A stretch of DNA of 64,000 nt from assembly GCA_000002435.2 (NCBI GenBank), contig CM018791.1; one strand, written 5' to 3'. Shown in pieces: positions 10,799 through 20,434 of this stretch (the stretch's first letter is position 1; each line of letters begins with the position of its first letter). The translations under genes were made by a program, and so were the position numbers. The stretch is from Giardia intestinalis (taxonomy: Eukaryota). The notes beneath the pieces were generated by a model that saw only the letters and a program-made list of their open reading frames with translations, was not told the origin of the DNA and did not search any database.

Positions 10799-12583
10799 AT
10801 GAGTTCAGCTTGCTCGTCTCGGGTAGAGTTCTTGGGGTCTGGTGACGAGTACGTTGGTATCAGTCAATCAGCAACCAACGACCTTATTTCAGGACACCCG
10901 CACCGATGCCGTGATGTCATAATGCAGGCAGAGAGTCTATCAGCCCAGGCAAGCACTCAACCCGACACTCCCTGGAGCACGCTGGCCCCCAGACCAGCCA
11001 TAGTAAGGGCTGCTGCCCCCCACCGCACACCCATCTATCTAACTGCATTTGTCGTCGTCCCTTGTTATCTACTCTACTCAATGATCTCGGCATCCTTTTC
11101 TACAAATCTACCGATAATTTCATCTTCTCTAAACATAGATATCTCTCAAGCGCAATGGATAATCCACACCGAGCTGATAGTCTGCTGCGGGTTCAGCGCC
11201 ATCGTCCCCAAGCTCTCGGAGCGCTTAGGGCTCAATAGGGTATTCTTGGCCGGTGCATTTCTCTTCGCAGTGGTGACGTTCCTTATGGGCTTTCTAGGCA
11301 ACAGCTATGCATCCATACTCGTTCTTCGCATCATATCTTCTATCGGCTTAGCTATGATGCTATCTCTAGCAAACACGATGGCATACTTCATGAGTCCCAG
11401 AAAAGATCTAAGCGTAGTACTAACAATATCTAATGTCTGCACACCAATCGGCCAGATTCTCTCTAGCTTTCTATCTGGGTGGATAGCATATTCGTCTAAG
11501 TGGCAATATATATACATACTTATAGGATGCCTATCCGCCGTTCACGCTGCCTATTCAGTTGTGTTATGCCCAAACTTTCCGACCACTCGAGGAGTGAAGT
11601 TCGATGTTGTTGGAACTCTGCTTATGGTAGCGTCCATCACACTTCTGATTTTTTCTCTTTCTGCCTCCACGGTGACTGTGCCATGGTGGGGAGTGACCAT
11701 CTGCTTCATTTTGGCTATTGTGTTCTTTATTCTGTTCGTCTTCTGGAACAAGCAGTGGTGCAAGAATCCGCTCTTTCCACCAACAGCGTTCAACAAGTCC
11801 GTTCTACTCAACATGTCTGCGTTGTGTATGATCTCTGCTTTTGGGTTTGGAGAGCGCTTCTTTCTCCCATACACAATAGTGATATTCTATAACTATTCCC
11901 GTCTATCTAATGGCGGCTTTCTGGTTATTGGTGGCGTACTGAGCATAATATTTTCGCCTCTCTTTAGTCTGAGTACGAAGCGGGTGGTCAGCCGACTGAT
12001 GCTAATGATGCTGAGCTTAATATCTTTGCTCCTAGTTCTCATCGAGGCGTTCTTTTTGCAAGAAAGTGTCGCGCTTCCGATAGTGTTCAGTAACCTGTGT
12101 CTTATCTGCTTTATCGGCTGCTTAATCACTGTGCAGACCACTGCAGTGGTTAACACACCGGTCATGTATATTTCGACTCTAGGGTCTCTAAATTCTATCA
12201 TGCTCAACTTTGGTCACTCACTGGGTGTGACCACGGCAGTCACGACGCAGAACGTTGTCGCAAAACTTGGCGGTGTTTCCAATACCAACCTTCCCAATTG
12301 GGATGCAGATCCCGGTGCCAGAACAGCCTACGGGCTCAGCTTGACATTTGGCATCCTCAGTTGTATCTCCTTCTCTATCACTCTATTCTTGCTGGCTATT
12401 TTCATGGGCGTACTGAAGAGTGATCGTGGCAAGTTGGGCTTCTCTGAAAGACGATTATCCAAAACAAAACATTTCAGCGAGAACATAAACAACAACGGGG
12501 AAATGATAGAAGTCCAAGAATCCAGTATAGCGTTTACATCTCAACAGGTCATAGCGTCATTGTTTCAGCCCAAGTTCATATAG
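10799..12583 (+). CDS. MFS transporter (DHA2-like, about 14 TM segments)
   Basis: ORF track start 10760 is TTG; first ATG at 10799 follows ATTTTAATTAAAAAATTTATAG. Many hydrophobic helices; KFDVVGTLLMVASITLLIFSLS segment typical of drug:H+ antiporter-type MFS. Confidence 0.6.
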   Translation: MSSACSSRVEFLGSGDEYVGISQSATNDLISGHPHRCRDVIMQAESLSAQASTQPDTPWSTLAPRPAIVRAAAPHRTPIYLTAFVVVPCYLLYSMISASFSTNLPIISSSLNIDISQAQWIIHTELIVCCGFSAIVPKLSERLGLNRVFLAGAFLFAVVTFLMGFLGNSYASILVLRIISSIGLAMMLSLANTMAYFMSPRKDLSVVLTISNVCTPIGQILSSFLSGWIAYSSKWQYIYILIGCLSAVHAAYSVVLCPNFPTTRGVKFDVVGTLLMVASITLLIFSLSASTVTVPWWGVTICFILAIVFFILFVFWNKQWCKNPLFPPTAFNKSVLLNMSALCMISAFGFGERFFLPYTIVIFYNYSRLSNGGFLVIGGVLSIIFSPLFSLSTKRVVSRLMLMMLSLISLLLVLIEAFFLQESVALPIVFSNLCLICFIGCLITVQTTAVVNTPVMYISTLGSLNSIMLNFGHSLGVTTAVTTQNVVAKLGGVSNTNLPNWDADPGARTAYGLSLTFGILSCISFSITLFLLAIFMGVLKSDRGKLGFSERRLSKTKHFSENINNNGEMIEVQESSIAFTSQQVIASLFQPKFI

Positions 12584-12655
12584 TCAGATAAAATGCACGC
12601 ACGCACGCAACTAAGTGAACAAGTAAATGATTTGCACAGGGCTTACACGAATGTA

Positions 12656-13159
12656 CTACGTACTTACCGTGGGATCAGCTGCTGAGCTATCTCCTTTCTT
12701 CTCTGGGACACTGCCCTTGTCCTTGGGCTTAAGGCCCAGAGCCTGCAGTTGATTCGACAGAGTCTGGAGGGTCCAGAGCCTCTGCAGCAGGATGCAGAAG
12801 AGTCGTGTGCCTCCTATCAGAAGAATAATTAGATTAGGTATGACAATAAAGAGTATGGAACGGAAGTGGAGGGCTTCTACAAAAGCCTGGTTGTCTCCAT
12901 TGTAAAGTGCTTCACACTGCGCATAAAGGTTGTCCAATTTAGCATGGAACAGCACGATGGCAATAGTGACGAGGTTGTGAAAGATTAAAAAGCCAGTGTT
13001 GGAAATGCAACCCATCATCAGAAGCGAGAGGACGGCCCACGAAAGGGTAGTGAGTAGAAACATCTTGTTAGGCCCACCTTCCTGGTACATCAGTAGCAGC
13101 ATCTTGTGGAAGGAGATGCTGCATGTCTCATCCTTGACATCGACCCCTGGAGCCTCCAT
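12656..13159 (-). CDS. small multi-pass membrane protein (167 aa), function unknown
   Basis: ATG at 13159 after TTAAATAATTAAGG. Three or four hydrophobic helices and a charged C-terminal tail. Convergent with the MFS gene, 72-bp gap. Confidence 0.5.
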   Translation of the reverse strand: MEAPGVDVKDETCSISFHKMLLLMYQEGGPNKMFLLTTLSWAVLSLLMMGCISNTGFLIFHNLVTIAIVLFHAKLDNLYAQCEALYNGDNQAFVEALHFRSILFIVIPNLIILLIGGTRLFCILLQRLWTLQTLSNQLQALGLKPKDKGSVPEKKGDSSAADPTVST

Positions 13160-13177
13160 ACAACCCTCACTAGCTCC

Positions 13178-13870
13178 TTAATTATTTAAGGTGCGCTGCA
13201 GCTTTTCCTCTAGTTGGTTATTTTCTGCGGCTAGCTCGTCAATCTCAGTATCTAGCTGCCGTGCCAGCTGGACCATACTAGCGCTCTGCTTCTTTTGATC
13301 AATTAATAGCTTGTTGCAGAAACTAGCGGCATTTGTCAACCTTTCAAGGCAAAAGCCCGTGGCCTCGTGGATTTCATAAATCGGTGCTGCGGCTGCATAC
13401 GCTGTCTTAGAGAAATCCTTACGAGCGTCTGCAAAACACTCGTCGGCAAGCTTGTTCAAACTGCACCGCATAACCCTTCGCAGCGCAGTCAACTGAGGCT
13501 TTGATGGAGTACTGCCCCAGGGCATATTCATTGTAGCATTCTTCGTTTTAAACGAAGAAACCATGTCACGAAAAGCTAAATATAAAAGATATTGTATCTC
13601 AAAACACCTATAGCAACTGCTAAAGCGTCTGGGGTTAAACATAGAAACTACCTGCTGCTCAAAGCTTTTTGTGCTCTTTGACATATGCATTTGAAACGGG
13701 TCAGCTTTGCGGTGTAGAGAGGCACCTTCTGTAGTCGAGATAGATGGGATTGCTCTTTTATCTGTAAGTACATGTGATAGCTTTTCTTGTTGTTGTACTC
13801 CTTTTACAGGTCTGCGTCGTTTAAAAACATCCATCGCCTGTACAACCGACGAGTCGGGGCGAGCTGTCAT
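13178..13870 (-). CDS. hypothetical protein with C-terminal coiled coil
   Basis: ORF track 13178..13900 starts with TTG; first ATG at 13870 is preceded by AAATTCTTAAAAACAGG. C-terminus (QLARQLDTEIDELAAENNQLEEKLQ) is heptad-like. Confidence 0.45.
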   Translation of the reverse strand: MTARPDSSVVQAMDVFKRRRPVKGVQQQEKLSHVLTDKRAIPSISTTEGASLHRKADPFQMHMSKSTKSFEQQVVSMFNPRRFSSCYRCFEIQYLLYLAFRDMVSSFKTKNATMNMPWGSTPSKPQLTALRRVMRCSLNKLADECFADARKDFSKTAYAAAAPIYEIHEATGFCLERLTNAASFCNKLLIDQKKQSASMVQLARQLDTEIDELAAENNQLEEKLQRTLNN

Positions 13871-13913
13871 CGAGGTGAATCCTGTTTTTAAGAATTTCAA
13901 AAATCACGGTACA
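13871..13913. promoter_or_regulatory. 43-bp bidirectional A/T-rich promoter
   Basis: cgaggtgaatcctgtttttaagaatttcaaaaatcacggtaca lies between divergent ATGs at 13870 (-) and 13914 (+). Confidence 0.45.
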
Positions 13914-15638
13914 ATGACAAGCAGCAACCTCTGGTTTTCTGCTGCTCTCACAAATAATACGGAATACATCAAAGCAAATCTAGCCATTCATGCCCGCTCT
14001 GTGGATTCAACCGGGCAGACAGCCCTCATGATTGCTGCAAAGCATAATTGTGGAGCAGTTGCAACTCTTCTTGCGCCGCACGAAAGCTGTGCAGTTAACA
14101 GTGAGGGAAAGAATGCTATGATAATCGCTGCTGAACGAAACAATGTCGGTATCTGTCGCATCCTGCTATCCCACGAGGTGCATGCTACCGGGCCGAACGG
14201 TATCACCCCTCTTATGGCAGCGGCACTTCATGGGTCTTTAGATGTTGTTATTCTACTTACTCCGATACTTTGGGCCAAGTCTGACGAAGGTTATAAGACT
14301 GCACTCGATTACGCTTGTCTGCAAGATAAACTGGATGTACTGAAGTTCATGCTCGATAAAGTGCCCAGTGTAACTCCGAAGATGCTTCATAGTGCAAAGA
14401 CGACAGCTACCAATAGCAATAATGAGAAAGCTCTTGCGCTTTTGGTGGCGTATGAAAATAGTCCCGAGTACAAGGCAGCGGCATTTAGGCTCCAGCAGCG
14501 GTCTGTAATCAACTCTAGCATTCATGGATCTACCACTAAGGACAAACACACGTCAGGTCAGGACAGTATTCCCACAGAATTGCAAGCTTATCGGGATGAA
14601 AACGGCCGGTCACTACTGATCCTTGCTGTTCTTTCGGGTAACGACAAGGCTGTCCAGCATCTGCTGGGGTGCTCACGGGTTACAGACCACCAGGGGATGA
14701 CCGCACTCATGTATGCAACTATTCGGAACAATACGTCAATGATAAAACTCTTACTGCCACACGAAGTCACATGCAAGACAAAAGAAGGTATCACAGCTCT
14801 TATGTATGCCTCATACTTGAATCACGCAGAGCCTATTAAGCTCTTACTGCCTGCAGAAGCCAAGCTTTGCGATGGAAATGGGCGTACAGCTCTTATGTAT
14901 GCTGCTTTTGCCGGCAATGTTAACGCTGTCCGCGATCTTCTCCCTCTAGAGGGTGGTATGTGCGATAAGATAAACCGTACTGCGCTAATGTATGCTGCTC
15001 AGCGAGGGAATGATGAAGTAGTGGCGGTACTTAGAGACCTAGAGGCAGGGATGCGCACGACAATGGGGCTCTCTGCCTTGATGATAGCTAGCTTTTTCAA
15101 CTCAGTAGATTGCGTGAAGCTCCTTATAGAAAGAGAGAAGCAGCTACAAGTGGCGTACGATTCACGTAACGCTCTTTCAGGGTTCACTGCCCTGATGGCT
15201 GCTGCAAGCAATGGGTCATATAAAACAGCGTCGCTGTTGAAGGAAGTTGAGGCAGATATGTCAATCAAAAACACTCCCGTTACTGACGGAGCAGGCACCA
15301 CTGCCTTGATGCTTGCTGCCCAGTATGGATACGACTCTATCGTTAAGCTCTTGATAGCGAAAGAGGCTGGCAGGTATCGAGAGAGCGGGATGACTGCTCT
15401 TATGGATGCTTGCTCCAAGGGTAATTACGCCTGTGTGGACTACCTTCGGAAAGCGGAGTGTGGAATGAAACGTAATGATGGCAAGTGTGCGTTGATATTG
15501 GCCGTCAATGCCCGTGAGGAGCAGTGCGTAAGGATAATGGCCAAATATGAAAAGAAGCTGCGCGACTCCTCTGGCCACACAGCAGAGTACCATGCAAAGG
15601 TTGGCCAGTTTGAGGGGGCTATAGCGCTCCTTAAGTAA
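13914..15638 (+). CDS. ankyrin-repeat protein (diplomonad '21.1'-type)
   Basis: The ORF track's 13707 start is an N-terminal extension that overlaps the divergent gene; the likely ATG is at 13914. Contiguous ankyrin repeats (TALMIAAKHNCGAVATLL..., TALMYAAQRGNDEVVAVL...). Confidence 0.8.
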   Translation: MTSSNLWFSAALTNNTEYIKANLAIHARSVDSTGQTALMIAAKHNCGAVATLLAPHESCAVNSEGKNAMIIAAERNNVGICRILLSHEVHATGPNGITPLMAAALHGSLDVVILLTPILWAKSDEGYKTALDYACLQDKLDVLKFMLDKVPSVTPKMLHSAKTTATNSNNEKALALLVAYENSPEYKAAAFRLQQRSVINSSIHGSTTKDKHTSGQDSIPTELQAYRDENGRSLLILAVLSGNDKAVQHLLGCSRVTDHQGMTALMYATIRNNTSMIKLLLPHEVTCKTKEGITALMYASYLNHAEPIKLLLPAEAKLCDGNGRTALMYAAFAGNVNAVRDLLPLEGGMCDKINRTALMYAAQRGNDEVVAVLRDLEAGMRTTMGLSALMIASFFNSVDCVKLLIEREKQLQVAYDSRNALSGFTALMAAASNGSYKTASLLKEVEADMSIKNTPVTDGAGTTALMLAAQYGYDSIVKLLIAKEAGRYRESGMTALMDACSKGNYACVDYLRKAECGMKRNDGKCALILAVNAREEQCVRIMAKYEKKLRDSSGHTAEYHAKVGQFEGAIALLK

Positions 15639-15648
15639 CCATATATAG

Positions 15649-17019
15649 TCACCCAATTATGTTTTGTAACTGCGCTCCAGGGCGCTTAAGGTTTGCTACT
15701 ATTTGAAGCTTCCTCTGCCTACTACGAACGATGACTAAGGCTATAATTAGTGCTAAAACAATGACTCCTAGTACAGATCCAATTACAATCCACACAATTG
15801 TCCATGTAGATAACCTCTGGGAGATAACTGTAAATGTCCCGTCGCTCCAATCCAATCCGTTTAACCCTCGTACAATCTTCCCACTATAATAGTTGTATTT
15901 GTCTGCCGGTGGATTGTAAACTCCATCCTCGAATGCTAGTTGCCGTCTCCTGCTTCTCCACAGTGTAGGCACCAGGGCTTCAGCAAGGTGGCTTTTCGCT
16001 GGAATTGCGGTGTATGCATAGTGCTCAATGCACAGGGTATCCTCTCCAATAGGAACGTAGAAGTATCCATAGTCACCCCACTTTTCACCCCATGAGTTTC
16101 TGATAACCCATGCCTCAGTTCCTTTATAATATCCATACCCAACAAATACTATCTGATGATCAGCGCCATATACAGAGCAAGGTTCGTGGAAGAGGCCTCC
16201 AGTGTATCTACTGAATTTGTTTGATCCCTGCAACCCGCCCCCGTCTACAAACATGGCACCAACAACTGGTATGCCTCTTGCAATATAGGATTTAATGACA
16301 TTGATGACCGATCTGTTGAATGGCTTTCTAGAGTGATCATAAATACGAATTAACGAACTGTAACAAGAGCCTCCTAACTTCAGCCTTGCAAACGGATTGA
16401 GGTATGCGTTGGAGGGTATCTTGGGGTCATGTTGAAGAATTGTGGAAGGGTTGGTTGATAGCTTTGCTGAAGTATACGGCCAATTGCTTTGAAGCTCAAC
16501 TGTTGGTGTATTATCATTAGCATAATCAAAGGCAGCATATATAAAGTTGCCTCCGTTACAAAACTGATTTCCAATAGATTGCGATGTATTCATTAGATAT
16601 TGAACCGATCCCTCAGTAACGATATCGCTGAAGTAAGGGCCTTGTGGAGTGTCAGTGTATCTGCTTCTTGTTGCTATAATAGAGGATTCAGCAAGGGTCA
16701 TTGTCCCAAAGGCCCAACATGAGCCACATACACCTTGATCCTTTACCGGCACCTGCAATCCAGCCTCTCGTAGGTCATATGAGGTTGGAATTTCAGGCAG
16801 TGTTGAAAGGGGGTCAGTTAAAGTATACACTTGTCTACAGGTTCCACTAGTTAAATGCCCAGAGGTACTGATTGAGATTGAAAAGATCCTGGATAGCTTG
16901 TATTCTACGGTGGTCCGTAGTAGCCCCCAAACCGAAGAGGAAACCTCCGTGATTTCTTCCCGAGGTACTTGGATGAGTTGAGGCAGGGCAAGACAGATGA
17001 ATATGGCAAGAAGTCTCAT
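15649..17019 (-). CDS. papain-family (C1) cysteine protease, cathepsin-like, with signal peptide and C-terminal transmembrane anchor
   Basis: ATG at 17019 after AAGATAAGAAAAG. Signal peptide MRLLAIFICLALPQ. Active-site Cys block QGVCGSCWAFG, His block DHQIVFVGYG, Asn block IRNSWGEKWGDYGYF. C-terminal TM WTIVWIVIGSVLGVIVLALIIALVIV followed by a basic tail. Confidence 0.85.
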   Translation of the reverse strand: MRLLAIFICLALPQLIQVPREEITEVSSSVWGLLRTTVEYKLSRIFSISISTSGHLTSGTCRQVYTLTDPLSTLPEIPTSYDLREAGLQVPVKDQGVCGSCWAFGTMTLAESSIIATRSRYTDTPQGPYFSDIVTEGSVQYLMNTSQSIGNQFCNGGNFIYAAFDYANDNTPTVELQSNWPYTSAKLSTNPSTILQHDPKIPSNAYLNPFARLKLGGSCYSSLIRIYDHSRKPFNRSVINVIKSYIARGIPVVGAMFVDGGGLQGSNKFSRYTGGLFHEPCSVYGADHQIVFVGYGYYKGTEAWVIRNSWGEKWGDYGYFYVPIGEDTLCIEHYAYTAIPAKSHLAEALVPTLWRSRRRQLAFEDGVYNPPADKYNYYSGKIVRGLNGLDWSDGTFTVISQRLSTWTIVWIVIGSVLGVIVLALIIALVIVRSRQRKLQIVANLKRPGAQLQNIIG

Positions 17020-17161
17020 CTTTTCTTATCTTCCCGGTAGGTAAGTACCAATCTACCAATCTACGTAACCTGCGACGCCTCGCAGGTTGCAAGGCGTCAC
17101 ACAGAAATAGATTCCCAGTGGCAGAGCCCGAAGAGTGGGGAGACCACGAAGCACTGGATGT

Positions 17162-17686
17162 TTACTTAGGTGCCAACTTCTTCTGGTAGAAGAGAAGCTC
17201 AGGTCCCTCAAGGATGTATCCATCGGCAGTGCCTACCTGACCCGGACGAGACGAGATGCGGGCAAGGATGTGGTCGCCCCTAATCTGATCAAGAATTTCC
17301 TTGTCGAGCGTGTCATTCGAGAGGGCGCTCTTGAATGGAGCGGAGTCTATCTGGACTACGCACCCCTTGACAAGCGTATTTGTACGGACAAGCTCGTTGG
17401 AAGTCGAGTTGTACACCACCTGGAGGATGCGGGCCTTGTGAGAAATGTCCGCGCTACCCCATGCAAAACTGCCGTGACTCAGGCGAAGAGCACGGCGCTT
17501 GATGTTGCCTCCGCGGCACCTGATTGTTGAAATCTTCTGGCCCTCGTTCTTTTTCGAAGTGACCTTGACAATAAGCTTAGTGTTCGCTGGCTGGCGGCCA
17601 AGATTATACTTGCGCTTCTTGTGCCATTTGCCCTGGACGGCACCAGTCTTGCTCCTCTTGTACATCTTGTCGTGAGTGATACCCAT
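17162..17686 (-). CDS. RPS8: 40S ribosomal protein S8e
   Basis: [38 protein letters not shown]... is the canonical S8e N-terminus. ATG after GGCGAAAATGG. 174 aa, very basic. Confidence 0.9.
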   Translation of the reverse strand: MGITHDKMYKRSKTGAVQGKWHKKRKYNLGRQPANTKLIVKVTSKKNEGQKISTIRCRGGNIKRRALRLSHGSFAWGSADISHKARILQVVYNSTSNELVRTNTLVKGCVVQIDSAPFKSALSNDTLDKEILDQIRGDHILARISSRPGQVGTADGYILEGPELLFYQKKLAPK

Positions 17687-17842
17687 TTTCGCCTCTAGAC
17701 TCCCGGACTCTCAAGGAGGAAACATTCACAAAAAGGAATATGAAATTAAAATGGATTGTGCTGCCGTGCAAGTTTTTTCGCATTAATTCCAGTTACATTT
17801 TTATTAAAGTGTGACCAGCGATTGCAAGTATTTTTGCTTCTG
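17687..17842. promoter_or_regulatory. 156-bp divergent promoter region between the RPS8e gene and the asteroid-like gene
   Basis: A/T-rich blocks (aaaaggaatatgaaattaaaatgg; acatttttattaaag; gtatttttgc) between outward-facing ATGs. Confidence 0.4.
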
Positions 17843-20332
17843 ATGGTCATACGCAACTTGACTTCGTTTGTCAATACCATCCGTGGAGCGTCCACCAGAG
17901 AGTCACTGATAAAGATCCTGACTGGTGGCCCAGACCAGGAGTCCTCTGAGCAACTTTCACGCGGGAAATCCAAACAGTTGCGCATAGCCATCGATGGCGA
18001 CTCCCTCTTTTATTACTTGTATATGCAAAAGGTAGACTGGCTCATCGGAGGTGATGGGCCGTTCTTTTCATCGGTTATCAAGGCATTTATTGACTCACTA
18101 GCACGCTTTAACATAACACCCGTGATCTTTGTCCCCCCTTCATATGTAAGCACAACCTCACCATCTCAGGAACTTAAGAAAGGAAAAACCCACGTTCAGT
18201 ACGTGGCAGAGATCGCGAGAGCCATAGAAAAGGACTCCGGCACCACCTTGGAAAAGACAGCAAGGAACGTTCAGTTCTATCCTCTATCACACTATACCTT
18301 TATCGATACCTTAAGAGCTAACAAGGTCCAGTTTCGAGTCACAGACGGGCCTGTCATTCCATACATATGCGCTTACGCGAAGGAGAAGAACATCCCCGTC
18401 ATAGCCTATGACACTGTTTATTACGCGCATGATATTCCTTGCTACATTCATTGTGACTCTATTACATTTAAACCAAATGACATTCAGGTGAGAGTCGTTC
18501 GACCATCTGTAATACTTAAGGATCTGCAGCTCTCTGTTAAGCAGTTCCAGCTCATATGCCGTCTTTTACCATCAGATTTTTATATTCCAACAGCTCTGGC
18601 ACCATTTCGAGACATGGTTTTTGACAATTTTAACGGTGGCAAAAAGCAGCTAGAAGAAGCAGATATACATGTTCAGCGCATTAGTGCACTCGTTTCTTAC
18701 GTAAAAAGTCACACCAATGCTGGAGACGATGCCTCATCTGACGATTATGCAGAGTTCTTTGTCAATATCCAAGAACTCAATGCAAAGTACTATAATGACC
18801 ACAGAGATAAGTATTCTAAACGATTGAGCTCGGGTACTGGTGACTTAGGTAACGAGTTAGCTCAACCCGAGGTCAACGATCTAGAAGAGTTGCTACCAAC
18901 AGACCAAGACAAGGTTTTGGAAATCCTCCACAGTTCTGCGCGGATGTTTAATCTCAAAGACTATAAAGATTCCGTCAAACTCGTTTCTCCGCGTGAAAAC
19001 TCACGGTTTGACTCACAAGTCTTTCCAAATTGGATAGAGACTTTTGCGCGGCAGGGGCTCATTCCTCCCATTCTGATGTTTGCCATTAACTTGGGCTTCA
19101 TACCATTACTTTGTGGAATAGAGGCTGTTTCGGGGAGCCTACTTGGAAGGACCTCTTCATGTCTACTAGCACGTCAGCTCCGCGTATTCTCCTATTCTTT
19201 GCTGGGTCTCAGTCGTATGGATGAGCAATTTAGACGCGGAGAAGAGTGGGTGTCTGAGGTTCTCGACTTACCTCTGTTTAGTGACCTAGTTGAAAGATAT
19301 CAACTTTTACCGTTGAAGAAGCTTGTGACCGGGGCGGATACCTCTTATCTTGAAAAGTTTCCAAGTCTAGCGGGCCCTGTGCGTCGAGAGCTTGTTCTGT
19401 TGGTTTTGCTGGATGGGGACTCGACCTTGGTGAGCAATTTGATTGAGAGATTCTCAAAGCCGGCGGTGGTGAACTCGGCTGAACCGGACTCTATCAAGGC
19501 ACCAGAGCCATCGCTCTGGCACACAGATGTGTTTATCTTTGCGTGCATAATTCATATGCTTAAGCGTCTTGCTGAGCTGGAGGAGACTTGCGAACACGTA
19601 AAAGGAGAGCAGGCATCTGTATCGTCTGAAATGCTGGCGACTATACTGACAGCCGCATACCTTCCGCTCTGCCCGGATATCGAGCAGGCGAATCCCAAGC
19701 GTAGCGCGTGTAATATAAACATTCATATGCTTACGCTTACGTCTGCGCTGCAATTTGTCTATGAGGCAGGTTTGATAGTCAACTCTCTGCTTGGCAGACC
19801 GTTGGACATCCGTGTTACAGACTTACACAGGGGGTTATCCTATCTCCTCTTATACCACGAAGAGAACCATGAAAGGAATTCTCAGCTGCGTAAGTATAAT
19901 CTAGGTCTAACGGACCCTAACACACCATTCTATCAGTCGGATGCTTATAACGTTACGAAGAAAGCTAGACAAGAGAAGAATTATACCACGCTTTCTAGGC
20001 AAGACAAGTACATCTGCACGAATATCGAGAAGTACGAACGACTGCGGCTAGCACTAACTACTTTATCTCATGACGTGCTGCCAACCATAAAAGATCCTAA
20101 CAGCTCCTCTGCAATGGCCATCACAAGGTTGACAGATGGGTCGTACGTGTCACCCTCTGACTTGCAAACCCTGCCAATGGAGGCTCGCTTTTACATGGTC
20201 AATCAGGAGCAGAAGCAGCCACGAAAGCCTAAGAAAAGAGAAACGCCTTATAGCTTTACTGAATTAAGAAACAATCATCAAACACAAGCAGACCAGCAAC
20301 AGCCTCTTTGCAAGGAACAACAGGGACAGTGA
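17843..20332 (+). CDS. XPG-N/PIN-like nuclease-domain protein (Asteroid/ASTE1-like)
   Basis: ORF track start 17756 is TTG. ATG at 17843 gives MVIRNLTSFV..., matching the MGIRGL XPG-N start. LRIAIDGDSLFYYLY...ITPVIFVPP resembles the asteroid block KIVIDGYALFHRL...CPYVVLDG. Confidence 0.6.
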   Translation: MVIRNLTSFVNTIRGASTRESLIKILTGGPDQESSEQLSRGKSKQLRIAIDGDSLFYYLYMQKVDWLIGGDGPFFSSVIKAFIDSLARFNITPVIFVPPSYVSTTSPSQELKKGKTHVQYVAEIARAIEKDSGTTLEKTARNVQFYPLSHYTFIDTLRANKVQFRVTDGPVIPYICAYAKEKNIPVIAYDTVYYAHDIPCYIHCDSITFKPNDIQVRVVRPSVILKDLQLSVKQFQLICRLLPSDFYIPTALAPFRDMVFDNFNGGKKQLEEADIHVQRISALVSYVKSHTNAGDDASSDDYAEFFVNIQELNAKYYNDHRDKYSKRLSSGTGDLGNELAQPEVNDLEELLPTDQDKVLEILHSSARMFNLKDYKDSVKLVSPRENSRFDSQVFPNWIETFARQGLIPPILMFAINLGFIPLLCGIEAVSGSLLGRTSSCLLARQLRVFSYSLLGLSRMDEQFRRGEEWVSEVLDLPLFSDLVERYQLLPLKKLVTGADTSYLEKFPSLAGPVRRELVLLVLLDGDSTLVSNLIERFSKPAVVNSAEPDSIKAPEPSLWHTDVFIFACIIHMLKRLAELEETCEHVKGEQASVSSEMLATILTAAYLPLCPDIEQANPKRSACNINIHMLTLTSALQFVYEAGLIVNSLLGRPLDIRVTDLHRGLSYLLLYHEENHERNSQLRKYNLGLTDPNTPFYQSDAYNVTKKARQEKNYTTLSRQDKYICTNIEKYERLRLALTTLSHDVLPTIKDPNSSSAMAITRLTDGSYVSPSDLQTLPMEARFYMVNQEQKQPRKPKKRETPYSFTELRNNHQTQADQQQPLCKEQQGQ

Positions 20333-20434
20333 AGCTAACGAAGAGGGGTTAAAGGTTACAATGCAGGTCTTCTGAAGCACCCTAGTACAATCAAATGGGT
20401 AAGGTTGGTGTGAGGAGTTGCACGTATACCTGCA

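Noticed and set aside
13707-13913. N-terminal 69-aa extension of the ankyrin ORF from the ORF track
   Set aside because: It overlaps the divergent gene on the other strand and lacks ankyrin repeats. The internal ATG at 13914 sits 43 bp from the partner gene's ATG with an A/T-rich bidirectional promoter between them.
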